A DNA stretch of 64,000 nt from Candidatus Latescibacterota bacterium (GTDB taxonomy: Bacteria > Latescibacterota > UBA2968 > UBA8231). Under the pieces are notes generated by a model. It worked only from the letters and a program-made list of their open reading frames with translations, made no database searches and was not told where the DNA came from. Numbering within the stretch: the first letter of the stretch is position 1; each line of letters opens with the position of its first letter. The DNA lies in NCBI GenBank assembly GCA_965242865.1, contig CBDETK010000013.1:3872001-3936000 (forward strand). The letters are read 5' to 3'. The translations under genes were made by a program, and so were the position numbers. This document shows, piece by piece, positions 38,323 through 47,934 of this stretch.

Positions 38323-40731
38323 TTACCGCAGCAACAACATGCGGCGGGTTATGACAAAGGAGGAGCCTTCCAGACGGTAGATATAGACACCACTGGCCGC
38401 CTCTTGGCCCCTCTCGTCCTTACCGTCCCAAGCGAGTACGTGCGCCCCGGCCGCAAGATGGCCATCGGTCAGCACACGCACGATCTGGCCGGCTAGGTTG
38501 TAGATAACCAGACGTGTAGGACCGGCCATGTTGGCGGGGATTTGGAAGGAAATTACCGTGGAGGCATTGAAGGGGTTGGGGGCGTTCTGCTGCAAGAAGG
38601 GGCGGGCGGCCTCGGTGCGCAATCGGTACGCTTGTCCCTCGATCACCACCACCATATCCAGACCCAACCCAACAAAAGGAGCCAATGCGTCCGGGCCTAG
38701 AGCGTCGGAGCCGACCTCAACGATGTTCATGCCCAACTGGAACGCTATATCGACCCATAGCGCGTCCTCGCGGTAGAAAGACCGACCGAGCCAAGTCGCC
38801 ATTTCAAATTCGTCCTCCACCGCAGTAGAAACGAACAAATCGCCCACGGCCGAGTCTTCGGTCCCCTCGGGCAGAGGCAAGGGCACTGACACGGTCTCTA
38901 AGCCATCCTCGTTGCGAATGTGGCGGTCAATGGCGACAAAGGAGGTGTACTCGGTTAGCAGGTTGTAAGCCAAGCCTAGCTGCGTGATTTGGGGGCGCAG
39001 GTTGTCGCTGTAACTGGCTTGTTCATCGTCGCTCAGTTGGTCAATGCGGTGGCGTGCCCACAAATAGCGCAGGGCCCTGTTGGTAGGCTTGGCTTGGAAG
39101 GCGGATACATCGAATTGGGCGTTGTACACTTGGTCGCCAGTGCGGCCTCCCAACAGCACCGTGCCTGCGGCCGCGCCGCGCCACTTGCCAAAAACGACGA
39201 TCGGCCGATCGGCCAGCATATCGGGGATGAAGGCCGGTTCCACTTCGTAAGCATCAAAGCCGGCAAAGCCGGCCTCCACTTGGGTGAGGATAGGGGTGCT
39301 GATATAGGTCTGGAAACGAGCGGCCTCGTCGGGGGCCAGTCCTTCTTCAATAACCACAAAAGGCTCGCCTTGGCCGGCCCGGGCGAGGCCCTCAATGAGG
39401 AAGCGGTTGACCGATGAGCCAATGCCAAAGGCAAATAGACTGGCTTGGCCCAAACGCTGGCGCACTAGCTGAAAGGCGGCTGCTTCAAAGCCGACTTTAC
39501 CATCGGTGATCACCGCGATGATACGGGCATAGCCCTCCCCGGCCAAAGGCAGGTTGAAAGCACTGCGGAGCCCACGGAGCAGTTCGGTGCCGCCGCCGCC
39601 CTGTTGACCGTCAATGAGGGCCCAAGCTCGGTCAATATGTTCTTGAGTGGCCGGCAGCGAGCGTTGTTCGCTCAAAACGGCGGCCGCGCCGGCGAATAGG
39701 ACGATGTTGAAGCGGTCTTCGGGACGCAACTGGCCGAGCAGGTTTTTCATCAGACCTTTTGATACGGTGAGGGGGAAGCCCCTCATGGAGCCGGATATGT
39801 CGATTACAAAGATGTATTCGCGCGGTGGGATCTGGCTCGGAACTGGGCGGGCGGGCGGCTGGGCCATGAGCAGAAAGAAATTCTCCTCTTCGCCTTCGTA
39901 CAACAGCAAGCCCGACTCGACCTGTTGACCGGCTAGCTGGTAGCGCAAAATAAAATCGCGGTTGCCGCCAAAACCGTCCGCCGGGTCGAGGGTCAGGCGC
40001 AATTCATCCGGGGCGTCCTGCTCGACGATCACTGCGTGGCTGGGACAATCGTACGCTTGGATGGACAGCCCGGCGGCCAGACACATCTCGATCGCATAGG
40101 TGTAGTTGGGATCTTCGCCCTCGTGCAAATAGGGAATGCGATCGGCGCCGCCTGGGGCCAGAATTTCGTTGACAGCCTCGGGGGAATAGCGCGGACCGAC
40201 CACGGTGGGCAGGACGAATTCGTACTGTTTTTCCGTCGGCACCAATAATTCCGTATAGGACAGGCGCACGGCAATGGAGTCGCCCGGCAGGATATTGGCC
40301 ACGTTCATTCTGAAGACGTTGGGGCGCTCCTGTTCGAGAAGGGAAGCGGTCTGGCCCTGCTCGCGCGCCTCTTCGTATTCCCGACGGGCCTGCTCGCGCT
40401 CGCGGATTTCGGCGGTAATTTCGCGGTCGCCGGTGCGCATCACCATGCCGTACACCGCGGCCCGGGTCGAGGCCGGGAATAGGTACACGGCTTCGAGCGG
40501 GCGAGTGCCTTCGTTGCGATACACCTGCTCGATGGTCACGTCGGCGATGACCCCGGCAATGTGGACTTGGGCAGCCACTGACTTGAGCGGCAGTTGGTCC
40601 ACCGACGGATCATCGGTATCGACGAAGAAGAAAGGAGCTAGGGTCTTGTCGGCTGCGAATGGGGCTTGTTGGGCCGAGGCAGCTACGGTTCCCAGCAGAA
40701 AGACCAATGCAGTGAATCTATGTACGTTCAT
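38323..40731 (-). CDS. Secreted VIT-vWA protein with C-terminal FlgD-Ig / T9SS type A-like sorting domain
   Basis: Signal peptide, VIT domain, MIDAS DISGS, tail 'QNAPNPFNAST..IYNLAGQ..WDGKDERG..SGVYIYRL'. Confidence 0.88.
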   Translation of the reverse strand: MNVHRFTALVFLLGTVAASAQQAPFAADKTLAPFFFVDTDDPSVDQLPLKSVAAQVHIAGVIADVTIEQVYRNEGTRPLEAVYLFPASTRAAVYGMVMRTGDREITAEIREREQARREYEEAREQGQTASLLEQERPNVFRMNVANILPGDSIAVRLSYTELLVPTEKQYEFVLPTVVGPRYSPEAVNEILAPGGADRIPYLHEGEDPNYTYAIEMCLAAGLSIQAYDCPSHAVIVEQDAPDELRLTLDPADGFGGNRDFILRYQLAGQQVESGLLLYEGEEENFFLLMAQPPARPVPSQIPPREYIFVIDISGSMRGFPLTVSKGLMKNLLGQLRPEDRFNIVLFAGAAAVLSEQRSLPATQEHIDRAWALIDGQQGGGGTELLRGLRSAFNLPLAGEGYARIIAVITDGKVGFEAAAFQLVRQRLGQASLFAFGIGSSVNRFLIEGLARAGQGEPFVVIEEGLAPDEAARFQTYISTPILTQVEAGFAGFDAYEVEPAFIPDMLADRPIVVFGKWRGAAAGTVLLGGRTGDQVYNAQFDVSAFQAKPTNRALRYLWARHRIDQLSDDEQASYSDNLRPQITQLGLAYNLLTEYTSFVAIDRHIRNEDGLETVSVPLPLPEGTEDSAVGDLFVSTAVEDEFEMATWLGRSFYREDALWVDIAFQLGMNIVEVGSDALGPDALAPFVGLGLDMVVVIEGQAYRLRTEAARPFLQQNAPNPFNASTVISFQIPANMAGPTRLVIYNLAGQIVRVLTDGHLAAGAHVLAWDGKDERGQEAASGVYIYRLEGSSFVITRRMLLLR

Positions 40732-40785
40732 TAGTTATACCTCTCTGGAGTGAGCAGTGCTCAAGGCAGCGCACCGCTTGGCGGC

Positions 40786-41193
40786 TCATCTGTTGTGCCG
40801 CTCGCCATAAGGAACTTCGCACGCCGCATCGGCGCATTCGACCCGGCCGAACCGATGCCGATTGCGTGCGACGAGGGCGTAGCCGGCGCGAAAGAGTTGC
40901 TTCAGCCCCGGAATGCGGTACACCCCGGCGAACCAATGCCACGGCGGAAGCCGGCGATAAATCTGGTACACGGCATCCGCCCCAACATCAACCTGCCCGT
41001 CGGCTTGGATGAGGCGCAGGCCGGTGTTAAAGTCGGAATGGGCGAGGACCGGGAACCGCTCTTCAATGCCGGTCGTTTGGCGCGGCAGGTACTCGAAGCG
41101 GCCGGTGCGGTCAAAGCGGCGAATGCGGCCGACGCTCCACAGGCAGAAGCGGCATTCGCCGTCGTACACGATTACGGGACGAGATTCGCTCAT
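40786..41193 (-). CDS. DCC1/DUF393 thiol-disulfide oxidoreductase family protein
   Basis: 'VYDGECRFC' and 'YALVARNRHR'. Confidence 0.88.
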   Translation of the reverse strand: MSESRPVIVYDGECRFCLWSVGRIRRFDRTGRFEYLPRQTTGIEERFPVLAHSDFNTGLRLIQADGQVDVGADAVYQIYRRLPPWHWFAGVYRIPGLKQLFRAGYALVARNRHRFGRVECADAACEVPYGERHNR

Positions 41194-41256
41194 TTTAAGA
41201 TGCCCTCTGCATTGCAAGTATGACGATTATACCCTTATTACCCGCCACCCGCCACC

Positions 41257-42027
41257 TCAGCACCGCCGCCGCCGGATCATGCGCAGCACCCAATAGGCCC
41301 CCAAGGCCCCGAGCAGGTGCTTGCAAGTATGGCCGCTGATCAATCCTCCGGCCGCATAGAGGGCTTGGTCAAACACCTCGGCGGCTTTCGCGAGCAGATA
41401 AAACAGGCTGGCGACGTAGATATGGGACCCATGCGTGTATGGCGACGGCAGCAGGCGAACCATGAGGGGCACGAATAGAATCGGGTAGGCTTGGGCGACG
41501 ATGTAATACCGGAGGTCTCCGGCCCCGGCCCGCTCGGTATAGTACCAGTACAACACGCTGAAAAGGCCAAAGGCGATCAACGGCAGCAAGGTAATGATGC
41601 CTGCGCGCCGATCGAGACGCTCGGCGATTGCCGTAGCGAGAAACGCCATAAACGCAATGCTCATCGGCAGGCGATCCCACAGGAGCGTTTCATTGCTGGG
41701 CGCGAGGTGATAGTAGGTGGAGCCGAGGCCGACCAGTGCCACCGCGAGGAAGAGGATCTGATAGGCCAGCGAATCGACCGGACGCACAAACGCCTGCTGC
41801 GCGGGATCGGCGGCGAGGCGAAACACGACGCGGAACCCCCACAGCCCGACCAACAGAAAGGGCAGGTTGGAGATCACGTTCAGGCAATGGGGAATGCCCA
41901 GCAGGGTGCGCTGATCGGCGAACTGGTGATAGGCGGGGTCTTGCGGAATGGGTGCTTGCAGGAAGATGACCGCCCAGAAGACGACCGTCAGGTAAGCAAT
42001 CAGCCGGAGGCGGTGATCGCGCTTCAT
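41257..42027 (-). CDS. Alkaline ceramidase-like (CREST) membrane hydrolase
   Basis: 'YHQFADQR', 'SNLPF', 'GSTYYH', 'WDRLPM', 'SGHTCKH'. Confidence 0.82.
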   Translation of the reverse strand: MKRDHRLRLIAYLTVVFWAVIFLQAPIPQDPAYHQFADQRTLLGIPHCLNVISNLPFLLVGLWGFRVVFRLAADPAQQAFVRPVDSLAYQILFLAVALVGLGSTYYHLAPSNETLLWDRLPMSIAFMAFLATAIAERLDRRAGIITLLPLIAFGLFSVLYWYYTERAGAGDLRYYIVAQAYPILFVPLMVRLLPSPYTHGSHIYVASLFYLLAKAAEVFDQALYAAGGLISGHTCKHLLGALGAYWVLRMIRRRRC

Positions 42028-42048
42028 TGAGGCTCTAACTTTCCTCGT

Positions 42049-42195
42049 TCAGGCGACGCGATAACGCTCAACCACGTCCATATCCACCGTCTGGACGCGA
42101 CAGAGCGTGATGTCGTAGATCTTGGGATAGTAGCGGGCGATCGCTGGGATCGGGGGAATCTCGACTTCGCACAGCTCTACTTGGGTGATTTTCAC
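42049..42195 (-). pseudogene. Internally deleted mandelate racemase/enolase-superfamily gene (48 codons)
   Basis: RBS GAGGAGG then VKITQVELCEVEIPP..ITLCRVQT|VDMDVVERYRVA*: an MR/MLE-like N-terminus joined to an MR/MLE-like C-terminus. Confidence 0.6.
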
Positions 42196-42322
42196 AGGGG
42201 ACCTCCTCGGCCATAAGGTTGCCGTTGCGCGTGGTTTGTCAAAGGACTAGAATGATACCAAATTGCCGGGTAATCACAAAGCGTTTCGTCGAAGCCGTCC
42301 CTTTGCGAAGAATGGAGAATTT

Positions 42323-43135
42323 ATGCGACTCAAACTAGCGTGTGCTGATTTCACCTTTCCCATCTTGCCGCACGAGCAAGTGCTGCAACTCATCGCCATG
42401 CTGGGGCTGAAGGGCGTGGATATTGGGCTTTTCGAGGATCGCTCGCACTTGCGGCCTTCCACTGAGTTCAAAAACGTCCAACGCTCCGGGCGTGTCTTGG
42501 GGCAGAAGCTGGCGGACAACGGCCTAGTGGCCGCCGACCTGTTCCTGCAACTGGCCCTCGAATACGAGTCTCACGCGGTCAACCACCCTCAGCCCGAGCG
42601 CCGCGACCATGCGCGCGATGCCTTCCTCAAGGTGCTCGACTACGCGGCCGAGTGCAGCGGCAAGCACGTCACCGGCCTGCCCGGCGCTTTCTTCGCGAGC
42701 GAGCCAGAGCCTGATTCTACGGCCCGGGCGGCCGAGGAGCTGGCGTGGCGAGTGGAGCAGGCGCAGGCGCACGACATCGTCTTCGCCATAGAGCCGCACA
42801 TCGGTTCGCTCGCCAACACCCCCGACCGCGCCATCGCGCTGGTACAAGCCGTCCCGGGGCTGACCCTGACGCTCGACTACGGGCACTTCGTCCCGCGCGG
42901 CTTTGCGGCCGCCGAGGTCGAGCCGCTGCTCCAGCACGCCACTCACTTCCACGTGCGCGGCGTCAACAGCCACAGCGGCTCGGCCTCCTTGGCCGACAAC
43001 GCGCTCGACTGGCAGCGCGTTCTCCACGTCATGGAGCAAACGGGATACAGCGGCTGGCTCGAGTTGGAGTTCGGGGGCAACAACCTCACCGACACGGTCG
43101 CGTTCCGCGACTACTTGCGGACGCTCATGACCTAA
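42323..43135 (+). CDS. Sugar phosphate isomerase/epimerase (xylose-isomerase-like TIM barrel)
   Basis: 'AIEPH', 'TLDYGHF', 'HFHVR', 'GYSGWLELE'. Confidence 0.88.
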   Translation: MRLKLACADFTFPILPHEQVLQLIAMLGLKGVDIGLFEDRSHLRPSTEFKNVQRSGRVLGQKLADNGLVAADLFLQLALEYESHAVNHPQPERRDHARDAFLKVLDYAAECSGKHVTGLPGAFFASEPEPDSTARAAEELAWRVEQAQAHDIVFAIEPHIGSLANTPDRAIALVQAVPGLTLTLDYGHFVPRGFAAAEVEPLLQHATHFHVRGVNSHSGSASLADNALDWQRVLHVMEQTGYSGWLELEFGGNNLTDTVAFRDYLRTLMT

Positions 43136-43241
43136 CCGCGCGGTGCTCATGGCGAGGAACTCTTTGGCGAGTCAAGACGTCTTTTGACAAACCGGCTTCG
43201 CCTCGACCACACCACAACCTTTCCCATCCACGGAGTATATC

Positions 43242-43694
43242 ATGCTGACTCAATGCGTCCTCACGCTCACAGCCTTGGCCTTCTTATTCACCCCAGCCCC
43301 CTCCTTCGCCGGCCCCGTCCCGATAGAAGGCGAAGGCGACCCGGCCTTGTACGTGCTCAAAGTCCACGCCGATTGGTGCGGCTCCTGCAAGGCCCTAGCG
43401 CCCATTCTCAAAGAAGTCCAAGCCGAGGTGGCTGACCGGCCTGTCCTCTTCGTCGAATTGGACGTCACCGATTCAACGTTGACATCCCAAGCCCGTCTGC
43501 TCGCCGCGGCCCTCGACGTAGAAGACCACTTCAAGGCCAACAACAAAACCGGCCTCGTCCTGCTCATCAACGCGCAAGACCACACCCTGCTGGAAACGGT
43601 GACCAAGCAAAACTCCGCCACTGAGATCGTCGGCAAAATCGAAACGCACCTCGCCGCCCAAGCCGAGCAGAACGGGGCTGCCACTAGCCCCTAA
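43242..43694 (+). CDS. Exported thioredoxin-family protein
   Basis: Signal peptide, 'HADWCGSCKALAP'. Confidence 0.85.
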   Translation: MLTQCVLTLTALAFLFTPAPSFAGPVPIEGEGDPALYVLKVHADWCGSCKALAPILKEVQAEVADRPVLFVELDVTDSTLTSQARLLAAALDVEDHFKANNKTGLVLLINAQDHTLLETVTKQNSATEIVGKIETHLAAQAEQNGAATSP

Positions 43695-44119
43695 GTGCGC
43701 AACCCGCGCTCGGCCACCAAGGCGTGCAACCGCGCTAAAAACGGGGCGATGTCCGGCGGTTGGCCGGCCGCGTTGTGGAGGACGATGTCCGCACCCGTTG
43801 CGGCGTGGAACACGGTCGCGGCCGGCGACAGGCTGACCTTTTCGACCTCGGCCCACGTCAGCGTCTGCCGCCCAAACAGGCCCTCCTCCACGGTCACGCC
43901 CTCCGGCCCTAGCCAGACCAAGCGGCGATGGAGGCGATGGACGAAGAAGGCCGCCGCGCAGAACGCCGCCAGCCCACAGCCGAGCACCGCCAGCCCATAG
44001 CCGAAGCCGCCGCGCTGGAAAGCGATGGTGCTCAACAGCAACTGGCCAACGCCCAACAGGGCAAAAATTAGACGCTGGTTGGCGCCGGGACTGGTGGATA
44101 GGTCGAACCGTTCAGCCAT
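43691..44119 (-). CDS. Hypothetical membrane protein (2 TM + bacterial PH-like domain)
   Basis: 142 aa; two hydrophobic helices then 'LGPEGVTV..LTWAEVEKV'. Confidence 0.6.
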   Translation of the reverse strand: MAERFDLSTSPGANQRLIFALLGVGQLLLSTIAFQRGGFGYGLAVLGCGLAAFCAAAFFVHRLHRRLVWLGPEGVTVEEGLFGRQTLTWAEVEKVSLSPAATVFHAATGADIVLHNAAGQPPDIAPFLARLHALVAERGLRT

Positions 44120-44873
44120 GCGCGGTCCGCATCTTTAGCATCTCATCGTCCAGTCCATATCGAACCATATCGATCCGGTCGCTGTGCTGAGCAATAAAGG
44201 CACCAGTTGTCACCGAAAGATGGAACGGAAAAAACGCTGGATGCTTCAGCAATAAGCTCAGTGCTCCTTGGCCTTCGGGAGTAGTGTGCAATGCGGCCTC
44301 AAACATCAGCATAATCAAGCTATGATCTGCCAAGTTCATCGGCGCGGACCTTTCGTAGCAACCTTTAGCCTCAGCGTCTTTTAGTACTCCCCAAGCAACA
44401 AAGGAGCGGATGACGTAACGCGCATACCGGCTTATAGTGGACCGGTCACCGTACTGCTCCTTGAGACGATGGACGATTTGCGCTTGGGTGACTTGGTCTT
44501 GCAGTGTCAATAGGCGTCCCGTCTGCCACGCTACGTTGAACCAGAAAGGATAGACAGCCGTGATCATTCCCCAGTGAATGGCCAGTCCCATTGATGGATG
44601 TGTGCGGAGAAAGGCTAACGCTGAGTCTCTAAAAGCGACCAATTCGGGGGCTGGAGCGACCCAGATATTCACTAGGTTAGCAACGACGCATCTGCGGGTT
44701 TGCTCACTACGATCCCCTCTCGAGCCGCTCCCTTTCCGGTCAGTTAGGTAATCGTGCAGTTCTTAGCGGATCGCTTGGGTGCCAAGCCCAGCGAGCAGCA
44801 GACCGGCAGACTTTTGCATCCACTCAAAGCGGATGACCTGCTTGATTCCAATGACCTGATGTCGCTTGCCCAT
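44112..44873 (-). pseudogene. brxA: BREX-3 BrxA with an in-frame nonsense codon
   Basis: ATG 44873 overlaps the pglZ stop; MGKRHQVIGIKQVIRFEWMQK..AIR*ELHDYL with TAA at 44763-44765 (codon 37), then in frame with ORF 44112..44672; terminal position in the operon. Confidence 0.72.
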
Positions 44874-46873
44874 CACCGCGTTCTCCTTTCAAATCTCACT
44901 AAAGGCACGATGACTTCCTCAAGGGCGATTCCGCCGTGACCAACTATTGAATTGCCGGGGTTCCCAAACGCATCTCGGCCGCCAGCTACGAGGGGAAAGT
45001 AATTGTCGGGTAGGCCGACCAGCTCCCACTCGCAGGCCGATGTAAAGGCGGATGCTAGTTGTGAACGGAGTTCGGACGTTTGGTACACACGAGCTCTCGC
45101 ACCGCGTGTTTCCGCGAGCACTCCCTCACTAGGCCGCCCTTTGCCCTCGCATTCGATGTTGCCGTGATCGGATGTCAGCCATATATCATAGTCGTGATCC
45201 AATAGATAGTCGATGAGCTTCCCAAGATATCCGCCTCGGCACCACTGCGCGACCTGACCGTGCATACCCACAGACCCTAGCCGCATACCGTGCATTATCT
45301 TATCGACCATATCCACAACCAAGCCCACGGCCTTGGTCCGGCCGGGATTAACCGTTTTATCGAGGTCTTTACTTACGTCACCATTGCCTAATCCGCGCTT
45401 ATAGGCGATCTCAGGACGGGAAAGACCGTTGGCCATCCAGAATTGCTGCCAGAGCTTTTCTTCGCTAGCGGTCGAGTTAATGGATGCAGGAAAAAACTGC
45501 GGCGGCTTACCGGAAAAGATCGCCTGCCGGGATACGGAAGTTAGCGTCGGAATCCAAGCAAAGGTCGCGGACTCCCGCATGACGCAACCAATGTTTTGCC
45601 CATTTAGAACCTGGCGTACAGTCACCCACTGATCGAGGGAAAGGCCATCGGTCACAATCAGTGCAACGCGCTTTTCGTCAGAGTCTTCCATATCGCGAGC
45701 CAACCGTCGCGCCAAGTGATGTCCCATCGCGGGACGGATTGGCGGCAGGGTAATAAGGCTGGCGTAGTGCTCCCTCAGCCAACTGGCAAAGGTCCTGTTC
45801 AACTCATCGCCTATCTCTCGCCATTGGGATCGTTGTGTACTGATGCTTCCACAATGGATCAACGCAGAGAGTTCGGCCCATTTTAGCGCAAAGCCCGTCC
45901 AGTCGTCATAGCGAGATTCTACTGTCGGCAGCTTTTTCTCAACGAGTTCAAACAGACGGGAGATACGTTCCTCATCATCGCCTGCGTCGGCTTCGACGAC
46001 TCCGCAGCGAATCCACGGACTTGCATCTACATCTACAGCAAGGTTAGTCGCTTGAACAGGAACGAGCATTCCTTCGACGAACAGATTGTCGATGTAGATT
46101 CTGATATTTTGGTGCTCGAATGGCAGGAGGTCCGGCCCCTCATACTCAAGTTTATATTCGCGCCGACCTTCTCCAATCCGTTCAGCGTTGCCAAGCCTGT
46201 TTAGGAAAACCGGCCAGCGCTCCTGTAGGAACTCAAAAAACGCCTTATCGTCTGGTATGATTTCATCTAAAGGCCATGAATGAAACGCATGTTGCTGTCG
46301 CAGTACCTGCACGAGCCGATCAGTCAGTTCGTGAGGAACTTGGATTTTGCCGTAATGTAGGCGGAGCAAGGTGCTTAGAAGTTCTACCCCGTTGTCAATC
46401 TGCTCTGCCACGATGCCGAACACTTGGCGAAGAATGAAGTCCTTGGTGGCGTTCTCACCTAGGCGACCCGGCGGCAATTTGCACTGTGCGTCAAACAGGG
46501 AGTCGAGGAGGCTTAGGTCTAGTTTCTCGACGACTGGATAGCTCAGATCGGGAAAGAGCTTGCCAAGATTGAAGGATAGTTTCTTTCCGGCTTGCAGGAG
46601 GTCGTAAGGCAACGACGTTAGTTTTGTATCTTGACGGCGAAGAATGACCACCAGATCCGTGTACTCGCCGCGATCCCAAAGCGAACGGTATTTCGCCTCA
46701 TAAACATACCTGAACTCGACCGGATCTTTGAATTCGATGAGATCAAACCCGCGCCGACGCAACTCCAGTGCCAGTTTTTCTTCGGCTAAGAGGCTGTCTG
46801 GGTCGGCGACTACGGTGAGTTTGCTGACCTCGGGAACAAATTCGTTCAGGATAGAGTCTCGCCAGTTACTCAT
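44873..46873 (-). CDS. pglZ: BREX-3 PglZ alkaline-phosphatase-like protein
   Basis: 'VADPDSLL', 'TDGLSLDQW', 'AWIPTLTSVSRQAIF', 'TSDHG', 'HGGIALEEVIVP'. Confidence 0.9.
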   Translation of the reverse strand: MSNWRDSILNEFVPEVSKLTVVADPDSLLAEEKLALELRRRGFDLIEFKDPVEFRYVYEAKYRSLWDRGEYTDLVVILRRQDTKLTSLPYDLLQAGKKLSFNLGKLFPDLSYPVVEKLDLSLLDSLFDAQCKLPPGRLGENATKDFILRQVFGIVAEQIDNGVELLSTLLRLHYGKIQVPHELTDRLVQVLRQQHAFHSWPLDEIIPDDKAFFEFLQERWPVFLNRLGNAERIGEGRREYKLEYEGPDLLPFEHQNIRIYIDNLFVEGMLVPVQATNLAVDVDASPWIRCGVVEADAGDDEERISRLFELVEKKLPTVESRYDDWTGFALKWAELSALIHCGSISTQRSQWREIGDELNRTFASWLREHYASLITLPPIRPAMGHHLARRLARDMEDSDEKRVALIVTDGLSLDQWVTVRQVLNGQNIGCVMRESATFAWIPTLTSVSRQAIFSGKPPQFFPASINSTASEEKLWQQFWMANGLSRPEIAYKRGLGNGDVSKDLDKTVNPGRTKAVGLVVDMVDKIMHGMRLGSVGMHGQVAQWCRGGYLGKLIDYLLDHDYDIWLTSDHGNIECEGKGRPSEGVLAETRGARARVYQTSELRSQLASAFTSACEWELVGLPDNYFPLVAGGRDAFGNPGNSIVGHGGIALEEVIVPLVRFERRTR

Positions 46874-46884
46874 TGAATCGTGTC

Positions 46885-47934
46885 TTATTCTGGTATCGAA
46901 AAATCGTTGTGATAAACGACAGATGCTAACTCGATACGGCCGTCGATACAGGCCCAATAGTGGAGATGGAACTCTTGATCTATATCGCGGCGCTGAGCCT
47001 TATCAGAACCACGCATACGCTGTGGATCATTTCCACCCTGTCCTATCCTGAGTGTGTGAACAGCGGACATGTTCTGGCCTTCAATTGTTTCGACTATAGA
47101 GCGGAGTATTTTTGGTGGTAAGGAATCCCCTGTATTATTGCAACATTGTTGGCAAGTTTCACGAAATTCAGGACCAATACTTGGGACTTGGATAGTTTCC
47201 CATTCTGGCTCCTCGCTTTGGGAAAGAGCCTGTTTGAACGAGGCGATTCGGATTGAAAGTTCAATTTCAAGATCGTCGGAAGCACCAACAAGTATCACCG
47301 ATTCGTTGAGGCACTCTATCAAGCCGCTAAAATCGTCGCATACCAGTACATCGCCTTCAAAAAATTCAGGCGGACAGGGTAACTCTGGAATATCATCTCT
47401 ATTGTGTTCGAGATCGTGAATTTGTGCTCTGACTTGAACGACTTGTTTTGGGGCTTTTCTTAGTACGAGAGAATGTCCCCCCAGAGGCTGTGGACAGTAC
47501 TTTCTCAAAACTGCAATCAGGATGATACAGCGTACTAAATCGGACCGGAGACCATCATGTACAGTAAGGTTAATAACGTCCGGCTCTGTTACAAGGTTTT
47601 CAGATAAAACTTCTTCGACTTGATAGCGGTTCTCGAAAGACGGAATGAGCGTCAGCAACTTTTCTGTAATCGTGGCAACAGTATTTACGTCGTACTCGAC
47701 GATTCTGTGCGCCTTAAAGAGTTTACGAAGATGCTCTCGAAATGGGTAAAGCTTATTAGAAATAAGGGCCTCTGACGCCCTTTCACTCATGTAGATGGCT
47801 ACCCATGTCTCATCAAGTAGTTTGCTCCAGTCTAGTAAGGTATCTACATACTGGAACGCATCATCTTTGGTACAGGAGACATGAGGGACGGCAAGAACAC
47901 TTGCATCGATTGTCACTCCGGGTAAACTCCTCAT
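46885..47934 (-). CDS. Hypothetical protein, possible C-terminal RelE-like nuclease domain
   Basis: 349 aa, ATGA overlap with the ATPase; C-terminus 'RRDIDQEFHLHYW..IELASVVYH'. Confidence 0.55.
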   Translation of the reverse strand: MRSLPGVTIDASVLAVPHVSCTKDDAFQYVDTLLDWSKLLDETWVAIYMSERASEALISNKLYPFREHLRKLFKAHRIVEYDVNTVATITEKLLTLIPSFENRYQVEEVLSENLVTEPDVINLTVHDGLRSDLVRCIILIAVLRKYCPQPLGGHSLVLRKAPKQVVQVRAQIHDLEHNRDDIPELPCPPEFFEGDVLVCDDFSGLIECLNESVILVGASDDLEIELSIRIASFKQALSQSEEPEWETIQVPSIGPEFRETCQQCCNNTGDSLPPKILRSIVETIEGQNMSAVHTLRIGQGGNDPQRMRGSDKAQRRDIDQEFHLHYWACIDGRIELASVVYHNDFSIPE

